Source of the DNA: Eubacteriales bacterium
GTDB taxonomy: Bacteria; Bacillota; Clostridia; Lachnospirales; WRAX01
Assembly (NCBI GenBank): GCA_031550435.1
Contig: JAVBOO010000024.1
Span: forward strand, 823 to 64,822
Direction: 5' to 3'
DNA: 64,000 bases
Under the pieces are notes generated by a model. The model ran no database searches, was not told the DNA's origin, and worked only from the letters and a program-made list of their open reading frames with translations. The stretch's first letter is position 1, and each line of letters opens with the position of its first letter. Positions 9,305 to 18,448 of this stretch are shown one piece after another. Position numbers and translations under genes: made by a program.

Positions 9305-9676
9305 CTAACCTAGTTTCATTCCGTCTAAAGTGAATGCGGCTTCGATGTGCTTTAGATCGTTGTTTTTGCCAAACAGAGTTATTACGTCAAATCTGAAATA
9401 ACAGTCCTGACCGTGTTCCAAACTGTATCTAATCGCTGTTAAAGCAATCTTTCGTTTTTTCGTCTCGTTAACCGCGTCCTCGGGATGCCCGAATATCAGG
9501 CCCGAGCGATATTTGACCTCGACAAACACAATCGTGTCGCCTGTTTTGGCTATAATATCTATTTCACCGTGTCTCGTACGGTAATTCATATTAAGAATTT
9601 CATAGCCTTTTGCTGCAAGATATTCCGCGGCGAGTCTTTCGCCGTCCGCCCCTTTTTTGCCGTTAGCGTGTGCCAT
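9305..9676 (-). CDS. YraN family (UPF0102) endonuclease-like protein
   Basis: GERLAAEYLAAKGYEILNMNYRTRHGEIDIIA...IVFVEVKYR is the UPF0102 signature. The start is placed at the internal Met (MAHANGKK), so it no longer overlaps the upstream gene body. Confidence 0.8.
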   Translation of the reverse strand: MAHANGKKGADGERLAAEYLAAKGYEILNMNYRTRHGEIDIIAKTGDTIVFVEVKYRSGLIFGHPEDAVNETKKRKIALTAIRYSLEHGQDCYFRFDVITLFGKNNDLKHIEAAFTLDGMKLG

Positions 9677-9953
9677 ACTTTCTGTATTCCTCCAGCTTAT
9701 CGACATCACCGATAAAAACAAGCACGGCGGCAACAACCTCGTACAGCTCGGGAGGAATATTCTCGCCCAAATCTATCCTCGTCAACTCTTCAACCAGCTT
9801 TTCGTCTTTATAAACGGGAACCTCCGATTTATCTGCGTTTTCGAGTATCTTTTCCGCAACATAGCCCTCGCCCTTGGCGACGACCTTCGGCGCACGGTCA
9901 TTCGCTCCGTATTTCAGCGCGACGGCTTTTTGATTCGGTCTGTTTTCCGGCAT
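9663..9953 (-). CDS. FlhB C-terminal-domain-like protein (YlqH family)
   Basis: KAVALKYGANDRAPKVVAKGEGYVAEKILENADKSEVPVYKDEKLVEEL matches the EscU/FlhB C-terminal domain. The start is placed at the internal Met (MPENRPNQ). The longer track ORF (to 10103) runs into rnhB. Confidence 0.7.
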   Translation of the reverse strand: MPENRPNQKAVALKYGANDRAPKVVAKGEGYVAEKILENADKSEVPVYKDEKLVEELTRIDLGENIPPELYEVVAAVLVFIGDVDKLEEYRKYGTR

Positions 9954-10075
9954 AACATCACACTCCCATATCAAATGTATAGCGTTTCGAGGAACTGTCA
10001 TACGCGCGAGTCTTTTCGGTACATCATTACCGCGCTTAAGCTGAATCTTAAACCGAACTGAGATTCCCGAGGAAG

Positions 10076-10723
10076 TTAATTGTGCCGTATAAAATTTCCG
10101 CAAAAAGATCGTCTGTGTATAGGAGTGAGCCCAAGTTCCTTTATGGCACGTATGTGCTCCGCCGTTCCGTAACCCTTGTTTCTCTCAAATCCGTAACCGG
10201 GATACAGCCGCCCCATTTCGGCCATGATTCTGTCTCTCGTCACTTTTGCGATAACCGAAGCCGCGGCAATGCTCACGCTTTTTTCGTCTCCTTTTATTAT
10301 AGCCTCCTGCGCAATGTCCGTCCCGGGTATAGTCACCGCATCCACGAGCACTGCCTGAGGACTGAGCGAAAGAGACAAAACCGAGTTTCGCATCGCCAGT
10401 TTCGTCGCGTTAAGTATGTTGATCTCATCAATCGTTTCAGGCTCGACCACTGAAACGCTCCACGCCTGCGCGGTTTCTTTTATTATCGGAAACAGCTCAT
10501 CCCTGCGTTTCTCGCTCAGTTTTTTCGAATCGTTCAAATAGTGTATTACGCAGTACTTTGGCAATATAACGCAGGCAGCCACTACGGGCCCGCATAGCGG
10601 ACCTCTTCCGGCCTCGTCAACGCCGGCGATATACTCAAGCCCCGAGTCAAAGTACTTGTTTTCGTACTCCGACATTTTCGCCAGGCGTTCAAGTTCTTTC
10701 ACAAGTTTTTCACCTTTTAGCAT
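10076..10723 (-). CDS. rnhB: ribonuclease HII
   Basis: 215 aa with IAGVDEAGRGPLCGPVVAA and DSKKLS motifs. GGGGA lies 6 nt upstream of the ATG. Confidence 0.9.
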   Translation of the reverse strand: MLKGEKLVKELERLAKMSEYENKYFDSGLEYIAGVDEAGRGPLCGPVVAACVILPKYCVIHYLNDSKKLSEKRRDELFPIIKETAQAWSVSVVEPETIDEINILNATKLAMRNSVLSLSLSPQAVLVDAVTIPGTDIAQEAIIKGDEKSVSIAAASVIAKVTRDRIMAEMGRLYPGYGFERNKGYGTAEHIRAIKELGLTPIHRRSFCGNFIRHN

Positions 10724-10734
10724 AGATATCCCCG

Positions 10735-11691
10735 TCAGTGCGGCTTCTCAAAAAACGAGAGCTGCAAGTCCTCGTCATAGCCTTTCTTGTAGTCCGCAAT
10801 TATTTTCTTCATATCCGTTATTATACCCAATCTGCCCGCTTCGATTTTGAAAGAATCCCAAAGGCTTTTTGCGTCTTTTGAAATGTGCTCATAAGATTTC
10901 GGCAAATAGGTCTTTTCGTATAGCTCCCGCACTCCGGGAAATCTCCGGTCAAGCTCTTTGTAGTACCATAGTTTTTGGTTCTGCCTTAACGTCACTCCCA
11001 TAGCCGCGTATATATATCTTGCTCCGTTTTCCGATGCGCGCTTGATTATATTCATCAGGCTTTCGTTATTATCGGTTATGAAAGGCAGCACAGGCATCAG
11101 AAGTATGCATACAGGTATTCCCGCAGCGGAAAGCTCGCGAACTGCCGCAAATCTTTCAGACGACACAGGGGCGTTGGGCTCAATGAGTCTTGCAATGTCA
11201 TCATCAGCCGTTGTAATCGTTATTTTTACAATAACAGGCGAATGCTTTTGTATCGACTTAAACACGTCAATATCTCGGGTAACAAGCGTTCCCTTTGTCG
11301 CAAGCGCAATGCCGAAATTATACTTATCTATCAGTTTCAGGGCATTCCTTGTCAGCTCCTCCGTTTTCTCCAGAGGGTTATAGGGGTCGCTCATCGCGCC
11401 GGTACCGACAACGCCTTTCACGCGCTTGCTCCGCAAATCGCGCTCTATCAGCCAAAGAGCATTCTCTTTTACCTTAACTTCGTCAAAGTCATCGATATGA
11501 TAACATTCGCTTCGCGAGTCGCAGTAAATACAACCGTGGCTGCAACCACGGTAAATATTCATATTGTAGTTTTTCCCGAACCAGTAATCGTTTTCGACAT
11601 AGCCTGAAACTAAGGTTTTGGCGGGAACGTATCTAAACGCTTTTTTTTCGGTTACACTATTATCGATTTCTGTTTTTTTAGAATTTTCCAA
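10735..11691 (-). CDS. radical SAM protein (SPL / DNA-photolyase-like family)
   Basis: 318 aa with the CxxxCxxC motif CSHGCIYC. TTG start, with GGAGG 8 nt upstream. Confidence 0.75.
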   Translation of the reverse strand: MENSKKTEIDNSVTEKKAFRYVPAKTLVSGYVENDYWFGKNYNMNIYRGCSHGCIYCDSRSECYHIDDFDEVKVKENALWLIERDLRSKRVKGVVGTGAMSDPYNPLEKTEELTRNALKLIDKYNFGIALATKGTLVTRDIDVFKSIQKHSPVIVKITITTADDDIARLIEPNAPVSSERFAAVRELSAAGIPVCILLMPVLPFITDNNESLMNIIKRASENGARYIYAAMGVTLRQNQKLWYYKELDRRFPGVRELYEKTYLPKSYEHISKDAKSLWDSFKIEAGRLGIITDMKKIIADYKKGYDEDLQLSFFEKPH

Positions 11692-11869
11692 GTGTTTGGC
11701 CTCCGCGGAAGCATTGACATTTCGGAAATAATTATACTATGATAAACTCATCCGGTCAAGGAAGCGTATATTTCCGAGAGACAAATTATTACTTCGCAGT
11801 AAAGTCCTTTGCCGAACTCGGCGGCTACTGTGCGCCGAAAACTCTTTTCGCTCTCCGGCAAAGTAAATT

Positions 11870-11990
11870 TTGTGCCGTGCCGACTATACATTCCCGCGCA
11901 CCCTTGTCCGCAACGGCCATAATACGGCCTTTGCACGTAACGGATGCTTGCGGTTGTCCCTTGCGGGCGCAACCGTTCGAATAAATCAGC
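11870..11990 (-). repeat. family E structured repeat, copy E1
   Basis: The reverse complement aligns with 50620..50755 and 41186..41460 (...CGAACGGTTGCGCCCGCAAGGGACAACCGCAAGCATCC...GGCCGTATTATGGCC...). It creates the false N-terminal extension of track ORF 11870..13564. Confidence 0.75.
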
Positions 11991-12034
11991 ACTTGCTTAG
12001 TTTTAATCACATAAAAAATAAAAAAGGTGATTTT

Positions 12035-13564
12035 GTGAATATTGTCACAATGATATCTTCCCCGATATCGGGAGCAATTATCGGCTATTTTACGAACTGG
12101 CTGGCTATAAAAATGTTGTTTCGGCCTTATAAAGAAAAGCGCTTTCTCGGTTTAAAAATGCCGTTTACACCGGGTCTTATCCCCAAAGGCAGATATATGC
12201 TCGCCGAGAAACTCGGGAAAACGCTTTCGGAGAATATTTTGACGGGCGATGTACTTAACAAGGCAATACAGTCCGAAGAGATACGCACAAAAATCGAAGC
12301 TTTGGTATCGTCGGCCTATCTCAAGCTCTCTGATGATAATATCACCGTCGAGTCGGCGATAGCATACTTTTTTCCGGACACCGGGCGCTTATTTGAGTTT
12401 GCGGAATCAGCCCTAACAAAAAAAGCCGGTGAATATATAGAGAACCCTGAATTATTGGATTCAATAAGCTCCATGCTTTCCGGGAAGCTTATAGAATATT
12501 TGAAAAGCGAAAAAGGTGATGTAAATCCCGAAAAGCTTTACGAAATAGTCGGCCGCTTCGCTGAAGAGAAACTATCCGAACTTTTTGACTCCGGCGAGCT
12601 TAAAACGCGCCTTCAAGACTTTTTTGCAAAGCTGCTCGAAAAACTCTCGGATAACGATACACCGCTCGAAAAATTCATTTCACACGAAACGTTGCAGTCT
12701 CTATACGGCTATACGGAACGCATTATGCCAAAAATCAGTGAGTTAATCGGCAATCTTGCTATAACATCGCCCGAAATTGATAGCAGCCTTAAAAAACTGG
12801 TCGTAAAAATCGCCGATGACAATTTCGGGCGATTTGTCGGTTTCTTTGTGAATTACGAAAAAACCTACGAAAACATAAAGTCTAACTTGGCCGAGTACCT
12901 GACAAAACCCGAAAACCGTCTTGAAATAATCGGAAAAGTAAACGCGTTTATCAACTCAAAGCTGAATATAACGGTCGGAGAACTGTATTCAAAAATCCCC
13001 GAAAGTTTTGCGGGCGAGCTTCCCGCGAAAATCGGCGAGCTCTTCGGCAAGCTCAAGCACGATGAGCTTATACAAGGCGGTCGCGACCTGATCGGAAAGG
13101 CGGTCGCGGGAAAAGACAGCGTTAATTTATACAGGCTGATTTCAAACATTACCCCTGATTTGGATATAAAGCTGAAGCAGTTTATAAGGTCAAAGCTCGA
13201 AGAGCTTATCATTGAAAACAAAACCGCCGTTCTCGAACAGCTCTCGGCAAAGGCAGTCAAGCTGGTACGAGGCTTTAATCTCAGCGAGTTCGCCCGTTCC
13301 CAAAGCGAAAGCCGGAAACAAAACATCGTCAGATTTCTTAACGAAACCTCAGCCGGGTTGATCGCCCAAGGAGGAGAATACGTGATCTCCAATCTGGATC
13401 TCGGAAAGATAATCGAGGACAAGGTAAACGAATTTGAAATGGACGAAGCCGAGAATCTTATAATCTCGGTCGTTAATAAAGAACTTCGCGCGATAACGCT
13501 GCTCGGAGGTGTCCTTGGCTTTGTTATCGGGCTTATGCCGATCTTTCTTGACATGTTCCAATAA
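12035..13564 (+). CDS. DUF445 family membrane-associated protein
   Basis: GTG start at 12035 after AAAGGTGA. The N-terminal GAIIGYFTNWLAIKMLFRPY and C-terminal ITLLGGVLGFVIGL resemble DUF445/YheB proteins. The upstream part of the track ORF is repeat DNA. Confidence 0.7.
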   Translation: MNIVTMISSPISGAIIGYFTNWLAIKMLFRPYKEKRFLGLKMPFTPGLIPKGRYMLAEKLGKTLSENILTGDVLNKAIQSEEIRTKIEALVSSAYLKLSDDNITVESAIAYFFPDTGRLFEFAESALTKKAGEYIENPELLDSISSMLSGKLIEYLKSEKGDVNPEKLYEIVGRFAEEKLSELFDSGELKTRLQDFFAKLLEKLSDNDTPLEKFISHETLQSLYGYTERIMPKISELIGNLAITSPEIDSSLKKLVVKIADDNFGRFVGFFVNYEKTYENIKSNLAEYLTKPENRLEIIGKVNAFINSKLNITVGELYSKIPESFAGELPAKIGELFGKLKHDELIQGGRDLIGKAVAGKDSVNLYRLISNITPDLDIKLKQFIRSKLEELIIENKTAVLEQLSAKAVKLVRGFNLSEFARSQSESRKQNIVRFLNETSAGLIAQGGEYVISNLDLGKIIEDKVNEFEMDEAENLIISVVNKELRAITLLGGVLGFVIGLMPIFLDMFQ

Positions 13565-13665
13565 CCGTCCGCTGTTCAAACATTGCAAATCCGGATTTGA
13601 TGTGTTATTATTCATTTGTGCGCGGACATTTAGAAGTCCGGACAATTCAACAGGGGGAATTAAAC

Positions 13666-14697
13666 ATGAGATATATAGACTTGAGAAGCGATACGGTAAC
13701 CGTTCCGACAAAGGAAATGCGCGACGCAATGTACGCTGCGGCAGTCGGAGACGATGTTTACCGTGACGATCCGACTGTTGCGGAGCTTGAGGAGCTTGCC
13801 GCTCAAATGCTCGGCAAGGAAGCGGCTTTGTTTGTCCCGAGCGGTACCATGGGCAACCAGCTTTGCGTGATGACGCATACAAAACGCGGAGACGAAATTA
13901 TGGCTCCGTTTCATTCGCATATTATTTATCACGAAGTAAGCGCCGTCGCCGTTCTTTCCGGTCTTATGGTATGCCCCGTAACATTTCGGGACGGTATACC
14001 GGACTCGAAAGGGTTCGAAAAGCATTTCAGGGACAAAAATAATATACACAACTGTCATACCGGTCTGATTTCATATGAAAATGCGACTTCGGCCGGACGA
14101 GTTGTACCTATAGAAAATATGAGGCGCATATACGCAACGGCAAAAAAATATAATGTTCCCGTGCATATCGACGGAGCGAGGCTTTTTAACGCAGCTGTCT
14201 CTCTCGGAGTCGATATCAAAGAGCTTACGTGCTATTGCGACACCGTAATGGTCTGTATTTCAAAGGGTCTGTGCGCGCCGATCGGTTCTTTGATTGCGGG
14301 CTCCGGCGAATTTATTGAGACGGCAAGACACAACAGGAAACTTCTCGGCGGAGGACTCCGTCAAGCCGGGATATTGGCGGCTCCGGGCATTCTCGCGCTA
14401 AAAGAAATGACAAAACGCCTGAGTGATGACCATGATAACGCAAAATATCTTGCAAAAAAACTCTCGGAAATACCCTTGGTTAAGATAAACACGGAAACCA
14501 TTGATATAAACATGATTTTTTTTGACGTTAAGCTGCCGATAGCGGAGATAAGAAGCCTTCCGCAAAGACTGCTCGAAAAAGGCATAAAAATCAACGACTA
14601 TTCTGCCGGAGAAGGTTTTAGATTTGTAACTCATAACGACGTTACAAGAGAAGATGTAGATTTTGTTGCGCAGACCCTGAAAAAGATGATTTATTGA
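13666..14697 (+). CDS. ltaE: low-specificity L-threonine aldolase
   Basis: MRYIDLRSDTVTVPT..., SGTMGNQ, and a PLP-lysine context CISKGLCAPIGS. The start is the ATG after GGGGGA. The last two codons and the stop lie inside repeat A1. Confidence 0.85.
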   Translation: MRYIDLRSDTVTVPTKEMRDAMYAAAVGDDVYRDDPTVAELEELAAQMLGKEAALFVPSGTMGNQLCVMTHTKRGDEIMAPFHSHIIYHEVSAVAVLSGLMVCPVTFRDGIPDSKGFEKHFRDKNNIHNCHTGLISYENATSAGRVVPIENMRRIYATAKKYNVPVHIDGARLFNAAVSLGVDIKELTCYCDTVMVCISKGLCAPIGSLIAGSGEFIETARHNRKLLGGGLRQAGILAAPGILALKEMTKRLSDDHDNAKYLAKKLSEIPLVKINTETIDINMIFFDVKLPIAEIRSLPQRLLEKGIKINDYSAGEGFRFVTHNDVTREDVDFVAQTLKKMIY

Positions 14698-14741
14698 TCC
14701 CCCGATTAAACCATGCGGTTTAATCACCCCCTTATACCGGC
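14691..14741 (-). repeat. family A repeat, truncated copy A1
   Basis: TTATTGATCCCCCGATTAAACCATGCGGTTTAATCACCCCCTTATACCGG matches one half of the full copies. It breaks off where the recombinase relic begins. Confidence 0.8.
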
Positions 14742-14745
14742 TCAT

Positions 14746-15262
14746 GTTCGGTGTCTCACATATAGTGATATGGTCAATCAGCTCATGGAGCATGAAACGG
14801 TCAAGTACCTCAAATCCGGCATATTTTGTATTAGCTTGGTGAATTTGTCCGCGACAGCTCTCGCTTTCTGCGCTTTTTCAAGGGTCAACACCATACTACG
14901 AGCGGCTTCTTTCAGCGTGGCTTTTTCCGCGTGGCTTTTTCCGCATCATCATCAGCAATGAACATTCTGAAAATGTGGTCGGAGAGCTTGCCACTCATAT
15001 TGTCCACGTAGGTCTTTTTCAGTTTCACATCGAGTTCGGCAAGCTGTTTTTGCGCTCGGGCGAATTTCGTTTTCGTCTGCGATAACTTCTTCTCGTCCTC
15101 TTGCCCCATTTTTACAGCCGCTCCCGCACCACCTTTACCGTATCCCTGCGAAAAGCACCGCGTGCTTTTGTATGTTCGCGAGAGATAATCGGCGGGTGAT
15201 GGACGCCCTCCTCGTTGAAACGGGTCGCTATCGGGGCACACAAATTCCAGTCCGTCTGCGTC
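14746..15262 (-). pseudogene. decayed C-terminal fragment of a large serine recombinase (DUF4368-like end)
   Basis: Minus-strand pieces lie in three frames. They include IATRFNEEGV-like text, a coiled-coil stretch (KFARAQKQLAELDVKLKKTYVDNMSGKLSD) and LHELIDHITI at the end. A 14-bp tandem duplication (14915..14942) breaks the frame. Confidence 0.5.
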
Positions 15263-15264
15263 TG

Positions 15265-15801
15265 TCAGGTTCGCTTTTTGTGAGCTTGGGTATTTTTCAA
15301 CACGCCCTCAATCCAAATAAAATGCCTTGCATCGTTTACACTTTCGATAACACCCCCGTTTGATAACGCGACTTTAACGGAATATATATTTTGGTTTCGA
15401 ACTGTTAGCAAAACTCTGTCGATGCCAATGCTTTCCGCTTCTCGAATCAGCAGCTTTAGTAATAACTTCCCATATCCTTTATTGCGGTATGAAGGGCGTA
15501 CGGCATATCCTACATGACCGCCTTCTTCTCTGAGCTTGTCATTCAAATAATGACGCAGCTTCCCGATACCGACAGGAATACCATCGACAAATAACCGGTA
15601 CACATTTTGCGGAACCATCCAACTTTCAAGGCCTACGCCTTTGGCGGTATTATCACTTTTAATAAGCCATTTTTTATATTCTTCAAATGTTTTTCCGTTA
15701 ACTCCGTTAATAAAACCGTTCTCATCTTTTGGTAACTCCTGTAACATTTCATAAATCTCCGTACCGTCTTCGACGGACAATTGACGCATTTCATAATCCA
15801 T
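15265..15801 (-). CDS. GNAT family N-acetyltransferase
   Basis: The start is at MDYEM after AAGGAGA. Acetyl-CoA-binding motif: RPSYRNKGYGKLLLKLLI. Confidence 0.75.
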   Translation of the reverse strand: MDYEMRQLSVEDGTEIYEMLQELPKDENGFINGVNGKTFEEYKKWLIKSDNTAKGVGLESWMVPQNVYRLFVDGIPVGIGKLRHYLNDKLREEGGHVGYAVRPSYRNKGYGKLLLKLLIREAESIGIDRVLLTVRNQNIYSVKVALSNGGVIESVNDARHFIWIEGVLKNTQAHKKRT

Positions 15802-15904
15802 GTCATTTCTCCTTATAAAAAACAACTGCCGAGACAACCGGCCATAAACAAAAACGGATGCCTCGTTTTCGAACAGCATCCGCCTGATAACAATAACAAA
15901 TACT

Positions 15905-16501
15905 CTAATTACTTTCCTTAGGCTGAGTCTGAGCCCCTCTGAGCTCTTTCTCCCATTCGTCCAAACCTTTCATAACCGCATCACGTGTCTTGTTGCAGAT
16001 ATCGGGAAGTCCCCCTCCCCATGCTTCTTCCGCCTGTTTAAAACCCTCAATAATAGCGTTTTTAAGTTCGGTGAATTTTGACAAATCGTTTCCGCCAAGC
16101 GCCTTTGCAAAGCTCAGTATTCTCTCTGAGGTCTGCTTAACGCCGAAATAGCCGTCCTCACTGATTGCTTCCTGCGCTGCCGCTCTTGTTTCCGGATCAA
16201 TATCTATCATTGGGTCTTCTTCAAAAAGAGCGGATTTTCTTGTTTTCTTACCCTGATTTTCAACAAGCTTCGCAACCATTTTCTTGAAAGCTTCTATGTG
16301 TTGATGGCTCTCCTTAAGAACGGCATTGGCATCGGGTATTGATATCGTTGACTTCTCCGAACCTCTTTCCACCACAACGTCTTGATTTGTCGTTTGTTCG
16401 TTCTTTACGACTGCGGTTTCGCTGCTGCTTTCGCTCTGCTTAGTCTGGGTGTTTGCCGCCGGAACTTGAGTCTGCGCCGAACCCACTCTGTTTACATCCA
16501 T
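15905..16501 (-). CDS. hypothetical protein
   Basis: 198-aa ORF with AAGGAG 8 nt upstream of the ATG. It has a polar, low-complexity N-terminus and a helical C-terminal half. I do not recognise a family with confidence. Confidence 0.5.
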   Translation of the reverse strand: MDVNRVGSAQTQVPAANTQTKQSESSSETAVVKNEQTTNQDVVVERGSEKSTISIPDANAVLKESHQHIEAFKKMVAKLVENQGKKTRKSALFEEDPMIDIDPETRAAAQEAISEDGYFGVKQTSERILSFAKALGGNDLSKFTELKNAIIEGFKQAEEAWGGGLPDICNKTRDAVMKGLDEWEKELRGAQTQPKESN

Positions 16502-16639
16502 GTCATTCGCTCCTTCAATATTGAACTATCCGTTATATACCGCCGCCTTGCCGCTTTTCCGCACAAAAGGCAACTCATTTTGCCGCAAAAATTGCACCTA
16601 ACATTTATATCGGTTAAAAACGAATAAACATTAGGCGCA

Positions 16640-16924
16640 CTATTTTTTGATAAAAATTATTTCATCGGATTTTATGTAGCCCTTCTCGCGCAAAATCTTT
16701 TCATAATAAGCATCGCTGTTCATTTCTTCGGCTTCTTGCTTGATCTTGTCCGTCTCAGATGCCTCGTCGGCTATTTTTTGATTTACTGCGCTGATTTCAG
16801 ACCTTATCGAATAAATATTCGCAAGATTGCTGAAAACGAAATAGGAAAAAAAGGCCACCAGCCCAACTATAACAGCAATATGTACATAAACCTTCATATC
16901 TTTGCCCGATTTTATCTTTTGCAC
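16640..16924 (-). CDS. septum formation initiator family protein (FtsB/DivIC-like)
   Basis: One N-terminal TM helix, then a coiled coil, with YYEKILREKGYIKSDEIIF at the C-terminus. It follows yabP-yabQ, as in other spore formers. The start may be the internal Met at 16897. Confidence 0.7.
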   Translation of the reverse strand: MQKIKSGKDMKVYVHIAVIVGLVAFFSYFVFSNLANIYSIRSEISAVNQKIADEASETDKIKQEAEEMNSDAYYEKILREKGYIKSDEIIFIKK

Positions 16925-16967
16925 GATACTGCCACCCGCCCCGCCGTGGTTTTTCTACCAGAATTTG

Positions 16968-17492
16968 CTATGTCTTTTTCAAAATGACTGAAAATTCTTT
17001 TCGAACTTTTCGGTACTTTATTCTGCCATATTTTTTGAGCCTGCGCAAGCCAACAAGCGTTCGATTTTGAGCCTTTTCAAGAGTTTTTCCGATAAACCTC
17101 GCAGGAAAACTCAATAAATATACTAAAAATCTGAAGGGTGCCAACAGTATGTTGAAGGTAACTTGCAGTACCTTTTTAATAAAATTCACAATGGCAACCG
17201 AAACCGGCAAAAACAACCTGCTTAATGTTTCAAAATATATTACCGCCCCGATCGCGGCTCCGAGTATGGCATAAAAGCGTATCTCGCCGTAGTTTTCGGT
17301 CAGCATGACATAAAACATAAACAACGATACGGCAACCCAAAAAACTATGTCTTCAATTTGTGTCAGAAAATTCGGGTGTTTAACCGTACGCCTGAACACA
17401 CGAAGACAGTCAAAGACAAAGCCTATAATAAAGCCAGACGCAACGGTCATTAGAAAAATTTGCGCCTGAGTTGCCATTGAAAGTATTTTCAT
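16968..17492 (-). CDS. yabQ: spore cortex biosynthesis protein YabQ
   Basis: 174-aa membrane protein. SGFIIGFVFDCLRVFRR...IEDIVFWV...YGEIRFYAILG matches YabQ, and it lies directly after yabP. Confidence 0.75.
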   Translation of the reverse strand: MKILSMATQAQIFLMTVASGFIIGFVFDCLRVFRRTVKHPNFLTQIEDIVFWVAVSLFMFYVMLTENYGEIRFYAILGAAIGAVIYFETLSRLFLPVSVAIVNFIKKVLQVTFNILLAPFRFLVYLLSFPARFIGKTLEKAQNRTLVGLRRLKKYGRIKYRKVRKEFSVILKKT

Positions 17493-17500
17493 AGCGGCAC

Positions 17501-17788
17501 CTATTTAAACAGCTTGCCGAAGAATGAACCCTTGCTTCCGGGCCCTGCTCCGTGATCTTCGTAAGAAATGTTATATATTTCACCCTCTATGTCTAACTCT
17601 CCTACATCGAGATTCAGTCTGTTTACATGCAGATTATAGCCTTTTACAACTACAACACCTTTATCGGTTTCAGCGTAAATAGCATCCTCATCGAACGAAA
17701 TCACGTCTGTGATACCGGTCAGCGACAAATCTTTGCGTTCGTTCATGATAAGGCTGTGTTTAAACACCGTTCTTTTTTCGTCAGCCAT
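17501..17788 (-). CDS. yabP: sporulation protein YabP
   Basis: The start is at MADEKRTVFKHSL after AAGGAGGA. SLTGITDVISFDEDAIYAETDKGVVVVKGYNLHVNRLNLDVGELDIEG matches the YabP family. The longer track ORF reads into repeat A2. Confidence 0.85.
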   Translation of the reverse strand: MADEKRTVFKHSLIMNERKDLSLTGITDVISFDEDAIYAETDKGVVVVKGYNLHVNRLNLDVGELDIEGEIYNISYEDHGAGPGSKGSFFGKLFK

Positions 17789-17814
17789 AATAATATCCTC
17801 CTTGTACCCGACTG

Positions 17815-17927
17815 CTACTGATCCCCCGATTAAACCATACGGTTTAATCACCCCCTTATACCGGCACTGCGAGCCTAAGGGGGATTGAGGCGCCATTTTA
17901 GCGAATGTTTAATTGTCGCCTCAATAC
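17815..17927 (-). repeat. family A repeat, copy A2 (full length)
   Basis: CTACTGATCCCCCGATTAAACCATACGGTTTAATC...CCCCCTTA..TAAGGGGG...ATTGAGGCG..CGCCTCAATAC. All three hairpins are present. Confidence 0.85.
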
Positions 17928-17986
17928 CGTTACTTGTATTATATTTTTGCACCGGTTAAATATGACATGTTTAAATTTGCAAATAT

Positions 17987-18109
17987 CACAGTGGAAGTAA
18001 AATACAGCATAAAATACATACACGGTTACTCGTGCCGAGCCGGAGCGCTTGTGCCCTTGCAAGGGTACAATAAAATATAACTGACTATATTTTATTGCCG
18101 AAGTAATAG
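17987..18109 (+). repeat. family B repeat, copy B8 (long form)
   Basis: GTGGAAGTAAAATACAGCATAAAATACATACACGGTTACTCGTGCCGAGC ... TTGCCGAAGTAATAG aligns with 59978..60137. Confidence 0.75.
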
Positions 18110-18190
18110 CGCGTCCTCGCATACGCTTTTCCCGTTTGAGCCTCACATGCACACCTCGCGACTGCTTTCAAGTTATTCATCGAAAGCGCA

Positions 18191-18243
18191 AACAACAAAA
18201 GGGCTGTATTAAAACGATTTTAGAAATCGTTTTAATACAGCCC
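18191..18243 (-). terminator. intrinsic terminator downstream of tRNA-Arg
   Basis: A 20-bp perfect stem (GGGCTGTATTAAAACGATTT / AAATCGTTTTAATACAGCCC), followed on the minus strand by TTTTGTTGTTT. Confidence 0.8.
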
Positions 18244-18250
18244 TTACAGA

Positions 18251-18324
<74 letters not shown>

Positions 18325-18380
18325 ATATTCAAAACAAAGTACAGCACGATTTCACTGACACTCTGTTTCAAACGAAGCAC

Positions 18381-18409
18381 AGTATAATACATAAAAAATG
18401 ATTTGTCAA
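18381..18409 (-). promoter_or_regulatory. sigma-A-type promoter for tRNA-Arg
   Basis: On the minus strand: TTGACA, a 17-nt spacer, then TATACT, about 55 nt upstream of the mature tRNA 5' end. Confidence 0.5.
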
Positions 18410-18448
18410 GCATTATGCAAGCAACAGACAAACTTTAGTAAAGTACTG

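Noticed and set aside
11739-12034. Track ORFs 11739..11984, 11748..11972, 11825..12010 and the first 55 codons of 11870..13564.
   Set aside because: They lie inside family E and B-like repeat DNA. The real DUF445 gene has its own GTG with a ribosome-binding site at 12035.
14398-17896. A conserved peptide, YKGVIKP(H/Y)GLIGGS, appears in two track ORFs (14398..14793 and 17501..17896) and could have been a small conserved gene or domain.
   Set aside because: Both occurrences are read-through translation of family A repeat DNA (the GATTAAACC hairpin). Similar reading frames exist wherever the repeat occurs, and there are no start or RBS signals.
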